A stretch of DNA of 61,293 nt, counting the filler, from Sphacelaria rigidula (Eukaryota), in the NCBI GenBank assembly GCA_964200075.2. It is 7 parts of 7 records of this genome, joined end to end, with 100 filler letters (N's around TTAATTAATTAA, not from the genome) between each part and the next. Parts side by side here need not be neighbours in the genome. Positions count along the whole stretch, not along the records: positions 35,084 to 43,753 come from CAXNAA020010438.1; positions 43,854 to 52,523 come from CAXNAA020010439.1; 5 more parts are not named here. One strand, 5' to 3'. The notes beneath the pieces were generated by a model. That model had not been told where the DNA came from. It made no database searches and saw only the letters and a program-made list of their open reading frames with translations. Position numbers and translations under genes: made by a program. Positions 36,039 through 49,853 of the stretch are shown one piece after another (positions within the stretch are counted from its first letter, which is position 1; every line of letters starts with the position of its first letter).

Positions 36039-39000
36039 CGATTGAGACGAGGGGGCGAGAGGAAAGGAATCTAATCTATGAGTCAATTCTCGCACAAGCT
36101 CTACTACTGCTTCCACTGCTGCTGCCAAACAAGCTAGGAGCACTCGGGGTTATCAGCAGCTCCAAAAATCCGAATATCGATGTTTCACTTCAAAATCAAG
36201 TGAGGAACCGTTTTTTACGACCAATATGTAAGCTGAGCTGCACCAATGGAACAACCAACCGAAAAAAATCCCAACCATTTCTATCTCACTTGTCATTATG
36301 TCCCGTGGCCATCGCACTCATGGCACAGAAGCCGGCGAAGCTGAGTGGTGTGATGGCAGCCTCTGCTCCCCCCGCGATCATTACATCCGCCTGCGATTTC
36401 GCACGCGCACCGCGCCAAGAGAAATCACAGATAGTAACACGACAGTAGTGCTTGCAAGTGGAATCCATCTACGATGGTTGAACAAATAAACCCAGCCGGG
36501 TTATTTTTTCTCTCTTATTGCACCGTCACGCAGTGTCTGTTGGGCCCGTCTGTCCCTCTTTACTTCAGCAGCATCGGCAACAACAACAACGACAACAACA
36601 GAAGCAGAAGCAGAAACGACAGTGAAAACTATGTTCCTACATACTATGCGTGTTTTTTACCGTCACACATCTTTCTGTGCTTTGCTGTTATTGATTTTGT
36701 ATATTATTTTTTGTTCACGTCTTAGTCTACGGTGTCGTTCTGTTCATATGTTTGTCCTTCTTTTTCGTCAGCGAGTGTTCCAGTTTTGTGTCGTCTTGGG
36801 CACGTCTATCATGGCTGGATCCTGGGGGATCAGCTAAAGTGCGACAATCAATCAAATAATCAAACAATCAAAATCAATCGATTTGGTCAAACAAAAAAAA
36901 AACGGCTGGGAACGTACTGACGTATCGGTTGACGCAAGCAGCGCTTCAGAGAGAGGTCTTGCGCTTGCTACGACCCCGCAACAATTTCATGGCAAAATCT
37001 GAAACAACGCAACTCCCGCAGACGTGTCCGTTGCGACTTCTTTTGCTTCAACGAAAAAAAACTGAGCGCACAAAAGTTCGCCGCAGACGCAAAATATTTG
37101 GGGAGTACGTTACGGTTACACGTCTCTCCGAAGCACGGTAGAGTATACCGGCGTTGGGCTACAAATATCCATGATTGATGTTACTTGATTTGAGTGTGAA
37201 CAACGAGGATCGGATTTTTAGTGGGGGGCTGACAGTCCCGTGTGCTCCGCGCGTGCGCAGAACGCATATTCGTTGAAATCGGCGCCACAGGCGCCGATTT
37301 GGGGTCTACCAAGACCATACTTTGCCTTGGGAACGTATGTACTACCCTCACCCGAGGGTTCTCGGTGTGCGTTGGGTTGGGGTTGGGGTTAGGGTTTTAG
37401 GGGTAGCGATACTTTGTAAAATTGTGTCAACCATGGACATTTCTAGCCCAACGCCGGTAAACTCGCCTCCCCCGAAGGAAAGAAAATGGCAAAACGGCTG
37501 AATAACCCTTCAAAGCACGCATATGTTATAATGATAGCGATTTCTGGTGAAAAAAAACTGTGTTAATATTCCCAGATAATCTCACGGGGGCACCTCCCGG
37601 CGGGCCAAAAATGCCGCAGAACGGTCTGTGGTCTATATCTGAAAGAGGTGGGTTAACCGTAGTTGGGCTACATTATGCCCATGGTTGACACGTTTTACAG
37701 CTACCGCTAACCCTGACCCTGACCGCAACCGAAGGCACACCGAGAACCCTCTGGCAAGGGAAGTAGGTGCATAGCGTTCGTTCGCTATGCAAAGTGTGCG
37801 TTGGTAGACCTCAAATCGGCGCTTGTGGCGCCGATTTGGACCAAAACGCCTTCTGCGCACGCGCTAGGAGCACACGGGACTGTAAAGCCCCCTCCCTTAA
37901 AGATCCGATTCTCGTTTTAGACACTCAAACCAATATCAGATTGTAGCCCAAGTCTCGACCTGTTTGCAGGTGGCGTATGCAAATAAGAGCGAGCAGGTCG
38001 CGAACGCCTCCAGAGCCGAATCCGCAAGAAACCCATTCTTAGATGGTGAACAGACTAAACAACAATCGTACTCCACAGCGGCTCACAGCAGGGCAGTAAC
38101 ACCGGATAGATTTTTCTTGTAGTAGGACGGGATACCGCAAACGTGGGCGTTGATGAGTTCTCTGCTAGACATTACCGGGAATAATTAAGTGCGTCGTTTT
38201 TTTCTCGGAGCACGTCTTTGAGGCAATTTCTCAAAGAAAAAAAAGAATGTTGATGCTGCGGCGTCATGAACAACAGGTCATCAGATGAGTGTCCAAACGT
38301 AATCCTGTCATGCGTGCGTGCGATTACGGGGCCACAACTGACAGTAGTAGTATTATACCGCACAGGGCTTGTTGTGCTCTGAAGAGTTGACTATAGTAGT
38401 ACGATACAGGAACACTCCTACTACTCGTGCCGCCGCCTCGATAGCCTGCACAGTACACGGTGTGTACAGACAGCGTGGTGTCTTGTACAACAGCAGTGCA
38501 ACAGGCGGTATCCTCGATAGCAGGCAGCTGATGCGCGTACAGTCGGTGTGTTCAGAGCATCCATTCAATCGACCATGCGCGGTGCTCGGTTGACCAAGAA
38601 CCCAATACGACTGTTGGCTTGTCAATATCGAGTAGAGACTAGCTCATCGCCGCCGAAGTATGTGGTCTCCTGCCCCAAGACAAGACCCTTTCTTGCCTGC
38701 CCTGCTGTGGAGTGCGACAGACCGCTGTTTCGTGTGTGCAGCATTTCGATTTGAAATTGGAATTATTGTGGATTTGGTTCTGGAGGCGTTCGCAACCTGC
38801 GCACTTCTGTTTGCATACCCCATCTGCAAATAGGTCGCGCCGTAGCCCAACTCCGGTTAACTCCACTGATCTGACAACGCCGGGCGTGAGACACAACAGT
38901 GAATCAACCAACCGGTGAAAACAACCACACCCTGGACAGTGGCAACAGGTAACATTGTCAAAACGTGTACTGCGCAATATGGAATATGTTGTCTGTTGCA

Positions 39001-39575
39001 ACATTGTACGCGCAATAGTCGCAGAACTGTGCGCATTAAATAATTATACTCTTGTTGACAGCGTGACCTATTGCTATTATCCAGGGTGTGAAAAAAGAAA
39101 CTGCTTTGCGAGGGTTGGGGATGTTCCCGAAGAATCTGCCAAAGCGAGGCGTTTTTTTTTCTATTTTGTTATTTATCTGGGCAAGGATTGGCCATGACCA
39201 GAGTGGTAGGCAGGCGGTTGGAGTCGACCTGCACCAGGGTACAGAGTGGAGTGACTCCCCAGAAGGCTCGATGATGGCTCTTGCTGCGTCGAGCTCTATT
39301 TACCTTCGAGATCTGGTTAACTAGGGTCCCGTAAATCTGGCTGTACGAAGATGTACGAGAGTTTCAGGCCTCTCGAACAGTCAAACAGTCCACGGTTGGA
39401 CCTGATGATATTACTGCCCTGTCTCCGGTTCACATACCATTCAAGTGATGACTCCGCACATACACGAGGATGGGTTCCAATAACTCACCATTCAATCACA
39501 TTTGCTGCGGGATACATATATATACATAAATATATTAAACATATCTAGCGTGAAGTTGCCAAAATAATACTGCAT

Positions 39576-39613
<38 letters not shown>

Positions 39614-41944
39614 CGAAACAAAAATATCGTGATGAAATATACGGAAGAGTTCGAGGACACGTGGCGACGCGCGGACAAACGAGAATCGGACCGCCGTCAC
39701 AAACGAGAAGCTGCTGCGTCGAGGGTCGCCCCTCCAAGAATCCTATCTGCTCATATCGGTTGTTGATTATGTCCTTAGTCGGTGGCTCTACGGTGCCCAC
39801 TGGTGTATGTCTGTATATACTCTGCTGCCCTGAATCCCCTGGGCTTTTTTTCTCTCTTTTTTTATTGCTACCTTTTGCTCTTTTCTTTCTTTCTTTTGTC
39901 CTAGACTGGCAATTTATTTATGTGCCTTGCTTTTTTTTACCTTTTATTCGTTTTTTTTCGCGTCTTAGTCTAATATATCGTTCCGTTTGACTTTTTTCTG
40001 ATTCTTCTTCTTCAGCGAGTGTTTCGGTTTTGTTTTGTTTTGTCTCGGGTACGTTTATCATGTGACCACGGCTGGATCATGACTGGGGGGGGCAGTTAAA
40101 GTGCGACAGTCAATCAGTCAACCAATCAGCGGCGGCTGAATTTCTATTGGAACATTTGGGGTCTAGGATTGATGAATGAATTGATGAAGTACAATACGTG
40201 AATGAATGATTTCTGTCATTTTTCGTTCGACCAGGGTTGGTCATTGTTTGTTTTGTATTCGATTTGTCGTATTTCTTCACTCAGTTGTTGGAATGATAAG
40301 TTTATGTTCGTCAATGTTTGCTCAGTTGGGTCGCGTAATAAGAATCGATTTTGTTTCTCTGTGCGCGCCTTCTTCTTTTTCTACAAATGCTGGCGATCAT
40401 TTTGTCTGTTGTTAGTTCATAATAGCGCCTTGTTGTCTCTTCCTCTGTTTACGATTGGCACACGTGTTTGAAAATCGATCTTTTTTAGAAACAATTTAGA
40501 GTGTGAGGTCTACAACAGTACTTAAATGCGCATCAACTCACCCCTTTGGTTTTTACGGGACTACTCCTACCGCACTGCAAAATGTGCGTAAGATTACGGG
40601 ACTACTGCTACTACTACTACAGTACACAAACATGTGTCAACTTACGGGACTGCTTGGGATATTTGTTCTAATGGGAGCAGTCCCGTAAACATCAAATACC
40701 AAAAGTGATGCGTTGGCACATACCAGCATAAATGGACTCCTCGGTCAAAAGATCAAGATAAGTCTATGTACTATGCTGTACACGGTAGGGCGACACACGG
40801 TATCATGCACACAAGATACGCCGCAGAAGAAGACACTGTTGACTAACGACACACACGCACGCGCGTGCCAAACCAGATGAGCCAAGAGCATCCATCTGCA
40901 AAAAATGATCGAGGCATATCAGGCAACCAATACTCGTCGATTTACATTACAATTGATGTTCAACTGTGGCTTCGGACAGTAAACCGAATGAACGGTATTT
41001 CTCTCAATTGTTCGAGTGAACTCGTGGCGTGACAAGGTAAAAATCAACCATCGAACAAGCACCCATCAATCAGTACACACCTCGCCCTCCCGAATGGCTT
41101 GCAACGCTTCCCCCAGACAGTGCGTAGCCGTCGCACAAGCGCTAACGATGCCGAAGTTGGGCCCTTTAGCACCTGTCTCTATCGCGATCACCCCCGCCGC
41201 GGTGTTTCCCAAAAGTGCAGGAATGGTGAACGGAGATATCTGCGGGTCCACGAATGGTGCAGGGGGTAGACGGGACGTGGACGGGTAGAGCGGGGGGGGG
41301 GGCGTAGGAGCCTTCTTCTTGTCCCTCTGTGCAACTAACTGTAAGTGTCGTGACTACTGCAAGATGGAGCGCATATCTCGAAATAGGAGCCGCTGCACAT
41401 GCTTCATCTGGACACGAAAAGATAGGTGGAGAGAAAAATAAAGAGTTGCAATAATCCAGTGCAAAATGTACTGACATTTCTACACACGCACGCACGTTCT
41501 TTTCATCGCACCAAGTCTGCTGTGCTTTTCACAAACCCTTCCCCACCGCACCGTGATTTGAATCATGACCCTGCTTTGTTTCACTACACGTGTACCTAAT
41601 CCTCATCCTGTGATAGGTGGGGAAAGGGAAGGGGGCGTACTCACGATCTTGCATTCCATAGCCATAAGACAATTGACCTCGTATCCATACAAGCGGGGGC
41701 GGAGCAAGCCGGGTTTTCGCTGGACCAGGCTCGCAATCGATCACCAAGCGCGAAGCGCAGTGATACGTTCGGCGAGTCGCACGAATGGGGGACGGGGGGG
41801 GCGTTCATGTTTCTACACAGCCGTCGTATCACCCCGTTGTTCTGTGCATTCAACGAACGTTCCGATGCATTCTCAACGCTCAGTCCTGTGCTTTTTTTAT
41901 CGTGTCGCGTGGTTATTGCAAAGCCGGCTGAGTTCTATCTTTTC

Positions 41945-41979
<35 letters not shown>

Positions 41980-42781
41980 CCCACGACACCACCGACAACG
42001 CTAGTATCTAGTAGTACAGGAACAGTAACAGATTGACCGAAGCGTACCAGCAGGTATAACGAGGGTGTAGCAACGACAACAACAACAACACAACCAACAC
42101 TGTCCACCCAAGCCCTAACCGCGCGTCCACATTGCCGTCAGCGTCCTTCCCACAAGGATGCCACTACGAGTACCACTCCCACATGTCCAGTGCTTACTAA
42201 GGCGGAAGCTTAAGAGAGTAGGGCGACGCGTGCACTGCGTCAAGCTGACAAGAGGTTTTCAGTGGGTTCAACACCCACACTGCCTTGAGCAAATATTTCC
42301 AAACGCTCGAGGTGCCCACCCCACATGACTGCCGTGAGGCGGTCTAGCCAAGCCTCCGGGTAATCTAATCGGGACATGGACCCGTTCGTGGGGTAAGTGT
42401 TACTATAGGTGCATTTTTTTTCTTTTTCCGTTCAAAGAAAAAAAAAGGGGGGGGGGGGGGGGGGGAAGTGCAGTGCCAAACCCTGCATTTGCTCCTCAGC
42501 CTGGACAACAGATTACACAGTCAAAAACGTGTACTGCTGCGTACAGTATGGAATCTATTGTCAATCGCAGTAGACGCAATAGTCGATACTGTACTGAACG
42601 CAGCAGTACACTTTTTTTGACACTGTAATATATTGTCATTATCCAGGTTATGGTTTACTCTTTCCTGCCATGAACAAATTTAGGGTACACGTGAAACCGA
42701 CCCCACCTTTCCCGGTCCTCTCGCGTCCAGCGTCAATGTCTGCTTCTCAAACGTCTCCATTCCTCCGAAAGCGGATCCAAC
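35719..42781 (-). CDS. fabF: 3-oxoacyl-ACP synthase II (KAS II), four internal exons
   Basis: Exons 42781-42707 ([12 protein letters not shown]...GPGK), 41239-41081 ([16 protein letters not shown]...VSACATATH, catalytic Cys), 36390-36290 ([21 protein letters not shown]) and 35940-35719 ([16 protein letters not shown]...GDAHHITSP). GT-AG with matching phases; 5' and 3' exons are off the contig. Confidence 0.95.
37141..37951. mobile_element. Composite foldback element: two inverted modules with telomere-like repeats, in a fabF intron
   Basis: Module 37141-37465 has ~38-bp own inverted termini (GAGTATACCGGCGTTGGGCTACAAA / TTTCTAGCCCAACGCCGGTAAACTC). Module ~37650-37951 is its inverted homolog. 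Both carry AAATCGGCGC...GCGCCGATTT and TTAGGG-like units. Confidence 0.72.
38926..39090. mobile_element. Small MITE-like element; related copy at 42500-42647
   Basis: Termini CACACCCTGGA...TCCAGGGTGTG; both copies share TCAAAA(A)CGTGTACTGC...CGCAATAGTCG...TTATCCAGG. Confidence 0.6.
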
Positions 42782-45375
42782 CTGCCCCCGCGGGTATGAT
42801 GCACGCCACAAACAGATATAAAAATAAAAATAAAAAGTAGTGTGCAAACGAAAATCTATATCATACGTACACGATAGTTTCATGCTTGAGACTTTTTTGT
42901 GAAGAAAAGTTGTGGACGAAGGACATAATTAATACTATTATACGCGATACTGAGAGGGTTGGAATATTCTAAACCCTCTCATGTACACAACGTTGTTGCA
43001 TCTGGATTTTTGGTGTGGATACATCGCGGAGGATACAGACATACCATAATCTTCGCAGGCACATGATCAGCACAGAATTGAATGGAATCCGACAAATATC
43101 TATGAAAAAAAAAGTGAAGGCCCATTTTTTTTTTTATTCGCACTCTTCGGTGGTTCTCCACACCAAAATTCGTCGCCATCCGCTAAATGCATCGATCGGG
43201 AGTTTCATGGAGATTTTAGTATTGGCAAGGTATTGGCGCTATCTCCCTTAGGTATAGGAATTACTAGACATGGGGTTTAATCAACGAGAAAATATGGGCC
43301 CAAACTTTTGAGCAGATGGGCACCTTCCCCTTGATTAGACGATCAATACGATATATATGCGGATCACGGCCCAACTCGTCTCTGTCGAAGAGATATTGCT
43401 TTTAGAGCTTAAATCCATTTTTGGGCTGGCCCAGCTCGTACGTATGCTGTAGTTGTAGCCGTGCTGTTGTGCATCTAAACATTCGACGATCACAGTGCGA
43501 CGGGTGCTCGAGAATGCCTGAACAGCTGTCGTGCTGCATGCGGTGTTTCGCTACGAGCTGGGCCAGCCGAGAAGCGATTCTGCAGTTTGCAGGCCCATTA
43601 TACGGCCAATACTTGGAGCTGAACCCTAGAATTTGGTATGGACAATGAGTAGGGCATAATAAAAAAAATTACTGGCGTACACAAGTTTTCTTTTTTTCAT
43701 GAGTTAGGGGCATTTTACCGATATCTGAAAACTGATTATTACCCTTAACTCATNNNNNNNNNNNNNNNNNNNNNNNNNNNNNNNNNNNNNNNNNNNNTTA
43801 ATTAATTAANNNNNNNNNNNNNNNNNNNNNNNNNNNNNNNNNNNNNNNNNNNNTAGCTCTTTCATCACGCAGTTGATTGTATCCAAATTCATCTACAGAA
43901 CAGGGAGATACAACACAAATCGATATAAGCCAAAACCGAAATCAATAAAACACACCAGACAAAACAGCAGCCCGACTACTACTCTTATCTCTGGGCCTCA
44001 CTTTCTCGCGGTTTGTAGATACTGAGGAACTGTTGGGTCGCAGCCAAAACCGGAAATGAAAAGAGAGTGAGGCTCAGGGGAACTGCTCAAACGTGTTTCG
44101 CCGCCCCATAATTCATGAACTGAGGTCATACCCTAAAATCCAAGAGCCGAGCTCTTCAATACATGCCATGGTTGGGTCACTACCTTCTTGTTTCGAATTC
44201 AAATACATGCTCTCCGTAGAGCCTCAACCTCAAGGGGCAGCCAATTCTCCGCTATTCGAATATGAAAATGTCCATCATTCAATGTCACCTTTGCCCAAGA
44301 TCATGGCTACGTCCTGCAGTCACATCATATCACAATAACACGAAGCTAAGATTCGTTGTAGTAACCAAGGGTAGGCAAAAAAAAAGCCCCAGACCTCCAC
44401 TCCATTTTCCTCAGTTTGAGCCGGCCGAGGGGTGGAGTGGGTAGAGGGGGAGGGGGGGTATTGTTCACAGCACACTAAATCCTAAACGAAACAAGTCACT
44501 TGACCTTAGAGTGGGGACGAAAGTACTGGAACTGGGGAGGGGGGGTTGCCGCAGTGGGGGGTATACTAAGCCGCACCCCGGTGGTCTGATGGTCCGACTG
44601 TAGCCATCAGGGTGCAGAGAACGAGCGTTCAATTCCTGATGTGTTCGGTTTTTTCTTTAAAGTATGTGATTTCCACCGTGGAAAGCGTGAGAACGTGAGT
44701 AAAAAAAGTTGTCGACTGAGTTCGTTCGACGGGGGTTGCCGCAGTGGGGGAGTGCTGATCCAACCCGTGAGACCAAAATGCAAGGCGTGTACCGGGGAGA
44801 GATGTGTCAATCCCTTGAGACCGTGGACTCGTCTCGAGGAAGGGGAGGGGTTTAAAGTGCGACAAATACACGAACTAAAAAGTCAGAATAATACTAAAGC
44901 CCATAGAAACAGAGATACAACACTACTTCCTGTACAAAAAACGAGAAAAACAATATTTCTTGTGCCGGCCGAGGGTGTGTGTGTGTGGAGGGGGGGGGAG
45001 GGGGGGGTAGTGTGGGTCCACATTTTTGATTTTTTTGCCCACAATCGTGGTAACTTGCATTCTTGTTGATATTCAGCGCGGTACTGTTGTTTCGAAGTCC
45101 GTAACCATCAACCATCTATCTATCCCTTCGTACCCCGTGCTGTCATTTAAGTTAATTCGTACTGTTTTTGGTACCGCGCCTTCCTTTCTTGCGCGCGGGC
45201 ATGCCCACCCTTTCTCATGTGATGACCATAGCACGCACACACAGTTGTTTGATGTCCCCACTACTGTTTCTCACCCCCGCACCGACCCCAGAAACATGTT
45301 ACGGACAAACGTAGCACCCTCCCACCACCTCCCTAGTTTGAAACCACTGTCCAGCTATAGACCACTGTGTCAACT

Positions 45376-46090
45376 TCAGGCGCCCTTGTCTTCCTGGTCG
45401 TCTGCCTCCTCTTCGTCTTCCTCCCCTTCGTCCTCCCCGTCGTTGTCTTCGTTCTTATCTTCCTCTGATGATCTGTCGCTGTAGGAACTGTCGCCGCCGT
45501 TGTCGCTCACTGATTCGGATAAGGCGCTGTTCTCGACGCGCCGTTGCCCCGCGTTCGCCCGAGACGGCGCGTTTTGTGGGTAGCGGCAGCCCTGGCGGCG
45601 GATTTCTCGCGCTTTTTCCGAGCGGGTGAGGCATCGGATTCCGACGAGTCCGGCGCCTCGTGCTCAAACCCCGGACGATCATCACACCGGGGAACACGTA
45701 AAATGGCGTCGTTCCCAGTTCGCCCGCCGCCAGTTTTCTAAAATCTTGGCGGTAGCAGCAGCCTTGAATCCCACCTCGGCATTCGCCTTGGCGAACAGGC
45801 GCAATAGCTCTGCACAAGTGTCAGCCGGCGCAACTGCAGACTGCATTTCCATGTTCGCCTCACGCGCGTTCTTCGAAAGGGCATAATACAGAGGACACGT
45901 GCCGTTCAAGCGCAGATACAGTTCATCGCGTGGGCCACACACTTCTGCCGCCAATGGCATCTTTTGGCGCTACTCGTTGTTTGCCATGAGGAGCATACGG
46001 ATGTACATGTCATCACTTCGTATGTACCTCACGATGGAATGTCGCAAGCGTCGATGGCGTAGCTGCGGCCTTTTTGGAGGAACAGAGTTT
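45376..46090 (-). pseudogene. Decayed ORF of unknown family with acidic C-terminal tail
   Basis: One frame reads ...YIRMLLMANNE*RQKMPLAAEV...KILENWRR...SSEEDKNEDNDGEDEGEEDEEEADDQEDKGA* with internal stops. Confidence 0.3.
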
Positions 46091-49000
46091 GTTTATTTGT
46101 GATGGTCGCCTGTGCATGGCAATGGGGGTGGTGGCGAGGGTCGACACGGGGGTCGGTGGAGATGCTTTGTTATTATAAGGTTCCCCTTCGGGATATTCGT
46201 ATGGGTCTCTCGAGGGTGACGCAAGTCGAAAACATATGGTTAAGAGAGGCTGGTGCTGTGCGTTTCGGGCTCTTCGGATTTTGTTCACCAGATCAAAAAA
46301 AAAACGCCACAATAGCCATTTCCGTTTTTTGGAGCCGAGACGGGGCTTTTGTTTTGAGGCCATTTTTTTCTAAGGCTTTTCCCCCCCTGCGGGGCCTACT
46401 TTTGTTTCTGAGGAGCCCTCTTTTTTTTAAAAGTCCACGTCCACGAGACTAGATCCCCTACCCCTTGCCCTCTGCTTCGTTGATGTCTCTGTCCTGTTAT
46501 TAGTTTGTTCTGGAGCCTAGACAAAGCCACTTAATAAGCGTTTCCGTCTCTGGAACAGCCTGGATTCGTTATTGAGGTTCAACATTTGGGTGAGGTTCAA
46601 CGGACCATCGAAAAACCATTTGCTTTGTCCAAATGGCTCGGGATTCGCAACCGGTTTCAACCATGTAACCCTAACCCAGAAGTTTCTGCACGGCAGAGCA
46701 AGCATGATGATGAGCAGTCCAACAGAATAACCGCCGTTATCGATTGTGCGGCATTTTGTTTTGGGCAGGACCCACGTCTAAGCTCTACGGAACACGTAAT
46801 AAATCATGCTGACAACATAATTTTTTGGACTAGCCATCGAGGTTTCGAGCGCCTCTTTGTAATAGTATAACAGTAGCAGAGCAAGCCGCAACCCAAAGGA
46901 GGTATATGACACGCTGATCCTGTGTTCAGCTCGTTAAACCAAGCTGTAGGTTCACAATCTCGACACAATTCCAGCTGTTTGGGGGGAAACACACAGCCCA
47001 AGCCTTGAAGATAACTGCAATCGGTGGATAAGGACGATAGTACAGCACAGCTTGCAGATCGACTCATGACAGTTGGCTGTGGACTTGAGACCGAGTAAAC
47101 AGGAGAGATCGATGGGGTAGGTGACGATTGAAAGCTCTTCTTATATCCAAAAATGTGCCTGTAGATCGGTCTGTGGGCAAGTGGGAATCGTGGGGGCGAG
47201 TTCCTTCACAAACCCTCCTAGCCACGCAAACAACTGCCATATTACAAAATCATTCCGACGTGTGCCTCCAACCAATCAAGTATTGGCAGGCGTGTGCCCC
47301 ATATGACTAATCCGACACAGGCAATGTCCGCATACAAACTCATGAAAACGCCAATTCAATCATGCGAATGGTTCAATATCTACTTTACACAAGCACACTT
47401 TCGACTAGGATCCTCGTCTCTTACTCGTCGGTCGTTTGTGAAACGATCGTGATATCCCACTGTGCTAGTTTAATTGTCGTATGCGGTCATATACCATCAC
47501 AATAGCCCACCCTGGATCGTTCAAGTGCAGTTCCCTTTCAGAAAAGACGAACTTGCATCGAGCCAGACCACTCCCACACCACAGAAAACTGAGATTCATC
47601 TTCAAGATCGAGTATTCTTCGGTATGGGGAGCGATAGGGTACGACTAACACGAAAAAAAAGAAGAAAAAAAAAGACAAAACACGAAATACAAGGCAAAAG
47701 AAAAAAAATCGAACCGTAACAAGAATACAGTGTCCCCGAATAGAGAATCATGAAAAATAAAAAATATAGAAATTCAAAGTGATATATCCTAGAATGCTGT
47801 GTCCTCAAAAAGCCGTGAGCATTTCCGGGATAGTCACAGGAAATCAGAGGCCCATCATTGAAACGATCATCATGCCCTGCCATAACTATATCATTAATAC
47901 AATAGTTCACTCTTTTCCGGATGTCCGATTTGTTTCAGTTCATTGGCAGAAAAACAAGCAAGCCCGCCGCCAAGGCATTATATCACTTCGATAACCGATT
48001 TCATGCTAATCCCTCGTCCCAGTCAATCAGCAAAAGCCAACAACGTACAGCCAATTTCGTCGCGAAAAAGGTGGTTTCCAGCGGAAACCATACGTTACAA
48101 AACAAAACAAAAAACTCATGATACGGACAAATCAACCCGGTTGACGTGAGGTAATTGTTGGTACATGTTTCTGAGAGCATCGACTTGCTAGGGACGTCTG
48201 GGTGATGATCTAGTCGTACAGCACTTTTTTTTTTCACACGACGAGATACGAAAACAACCGGCCGTTTCGTGAGGTCGGGTATCCGTACACGTCAAAAGAA
48301 ACGTAATTGAGTCAATACACAACCATCCGGGCAACTATGTAGTTTCGAGGCAGATCGCCCAACACATTTATTAACCTCGACAAATACATGGGACAGAGAG
48401 GACCAACGCAGTCCACCCCTCACGGTATTTGTCCGTTCGGACAAAAACGAGACCGGCTCGAACACAAATCGGAGTAGAACCCACAGCCGGTCGTACCGTC
48501 ACGTTACTTCGTCCAATAATCCCTAATAAAAACAAAATACCATCGACCGATTTCATGGGCGGGTAACCGTACGCACAAAACTGGTGTGAGCTGTGACAAG
48601 AAAATAGCGAATGGCGGACTCTGAGTCTGTAGGCTATACCAATGGTCGAATATCGACATGGCGGAACGGTCTGTTCCGGAAGTGCAGTCTATCCTATCAT
48701 GATACGTAATGGTCCTCTATGAGGAGTCGTTTGCAACCAAATATTACACTACTGCAGTGACAATTCCTCAACATCGTTACGTACGACGCGGCCAGTGGTG
48801 ACCTTGTTGTAACTTACCAATCACCAAAGTATATATCATCCGTTGCGTCGCATTACACGTGACCCTTCATATAAACGAGGTCGGTCGCACGTATGCAGGA
48901 CTCGCAGAAAAAGTTGGCCAAGTGTTCGAGACTCGAGGGTCCGGAACGTGACATAGACGCAAAAATCAAAACCAAAATAAATACAAAACTAGGGGTACGG

Positions 49001-49853
49001 TTGGCAACAGCGAAAACAAAATATCAGAAACATGAAGCAGAAAAATAACACGTGGCGACCGTCCTTGTAACGGGAGCGGTCATCGTGTGTACGAAGCAAG
49101 CAGGGTCAAGTGTTCAGCCAAGAAGGTCAAAACATTTTGGACCCCGCTTCGGTTACTATCGCCCATGGTAACATAAAACCCAACGTGGGACGCACCCCAA
49201 AAGGCGACACGTCACGACCGATCCCGAAGAGGGAGGCGGTATTCGCGTACGGAGCGATTGAACAACAGCGCAAATATTCCAGACGAGGCGGTCAGGTATG
49301 TCTACCGCTCGCCCCGGAAACTTTCGACCAAAACAAAGAAAAAAAAAAGCATAATAAACAAAACAAGACGAAAGGTGCGTACAACGAAGAAAAGAAAGGA
49401 AGAAAGAAAACAACTCGTGGCAACTGTTCCAGAATATGGAGTGGTCGCGACTATACGGCTCGAGGGAGTTGAAGGTTCAAGTGTTCCAGACTTGGTGTCA
49501 GGAAAGTTTGTGGAACGGTCGTCACGTCATACTTCGCCATATGAACCCAGAAAGAAAACAAACAAAAAACATATATCTACATCAAACACAAAATAAAAAA
49601 GGCGAAAAGAAAAAAATAAGAAGGAAGAGAAAGCAACACGATACAAGACCAAGAACAAAACACAAAGGCAGGGTCCACAGCCGAAAAATAAAATCCGAGA
49701 AGCAAATATGAAATACAAAATACCAGATAGAAAATACAACCACTGCAAGGACGGGGCTAAGCAGCACGGAAAACAAAATTCAAGGGGGGGAAGGGGAACA
49801 CATGGTTTTCCAACGACGCTACGGCGCAAGACAAGCGACTCGAACATGGTACA

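Noticed and set aside
35778-36448. Gly-rich or Pro-rich ORFs
   Set aside because: They arise from a poly-G/C run in the fabF intron and from antisense reading of fabF exons.
47000-47721. 3' LTR of the piece-6 Gypsy starting TGTTACGG on the minus strand
   Set aside because: No second LTR copy, clear polypurine tract or end could be established in this window.
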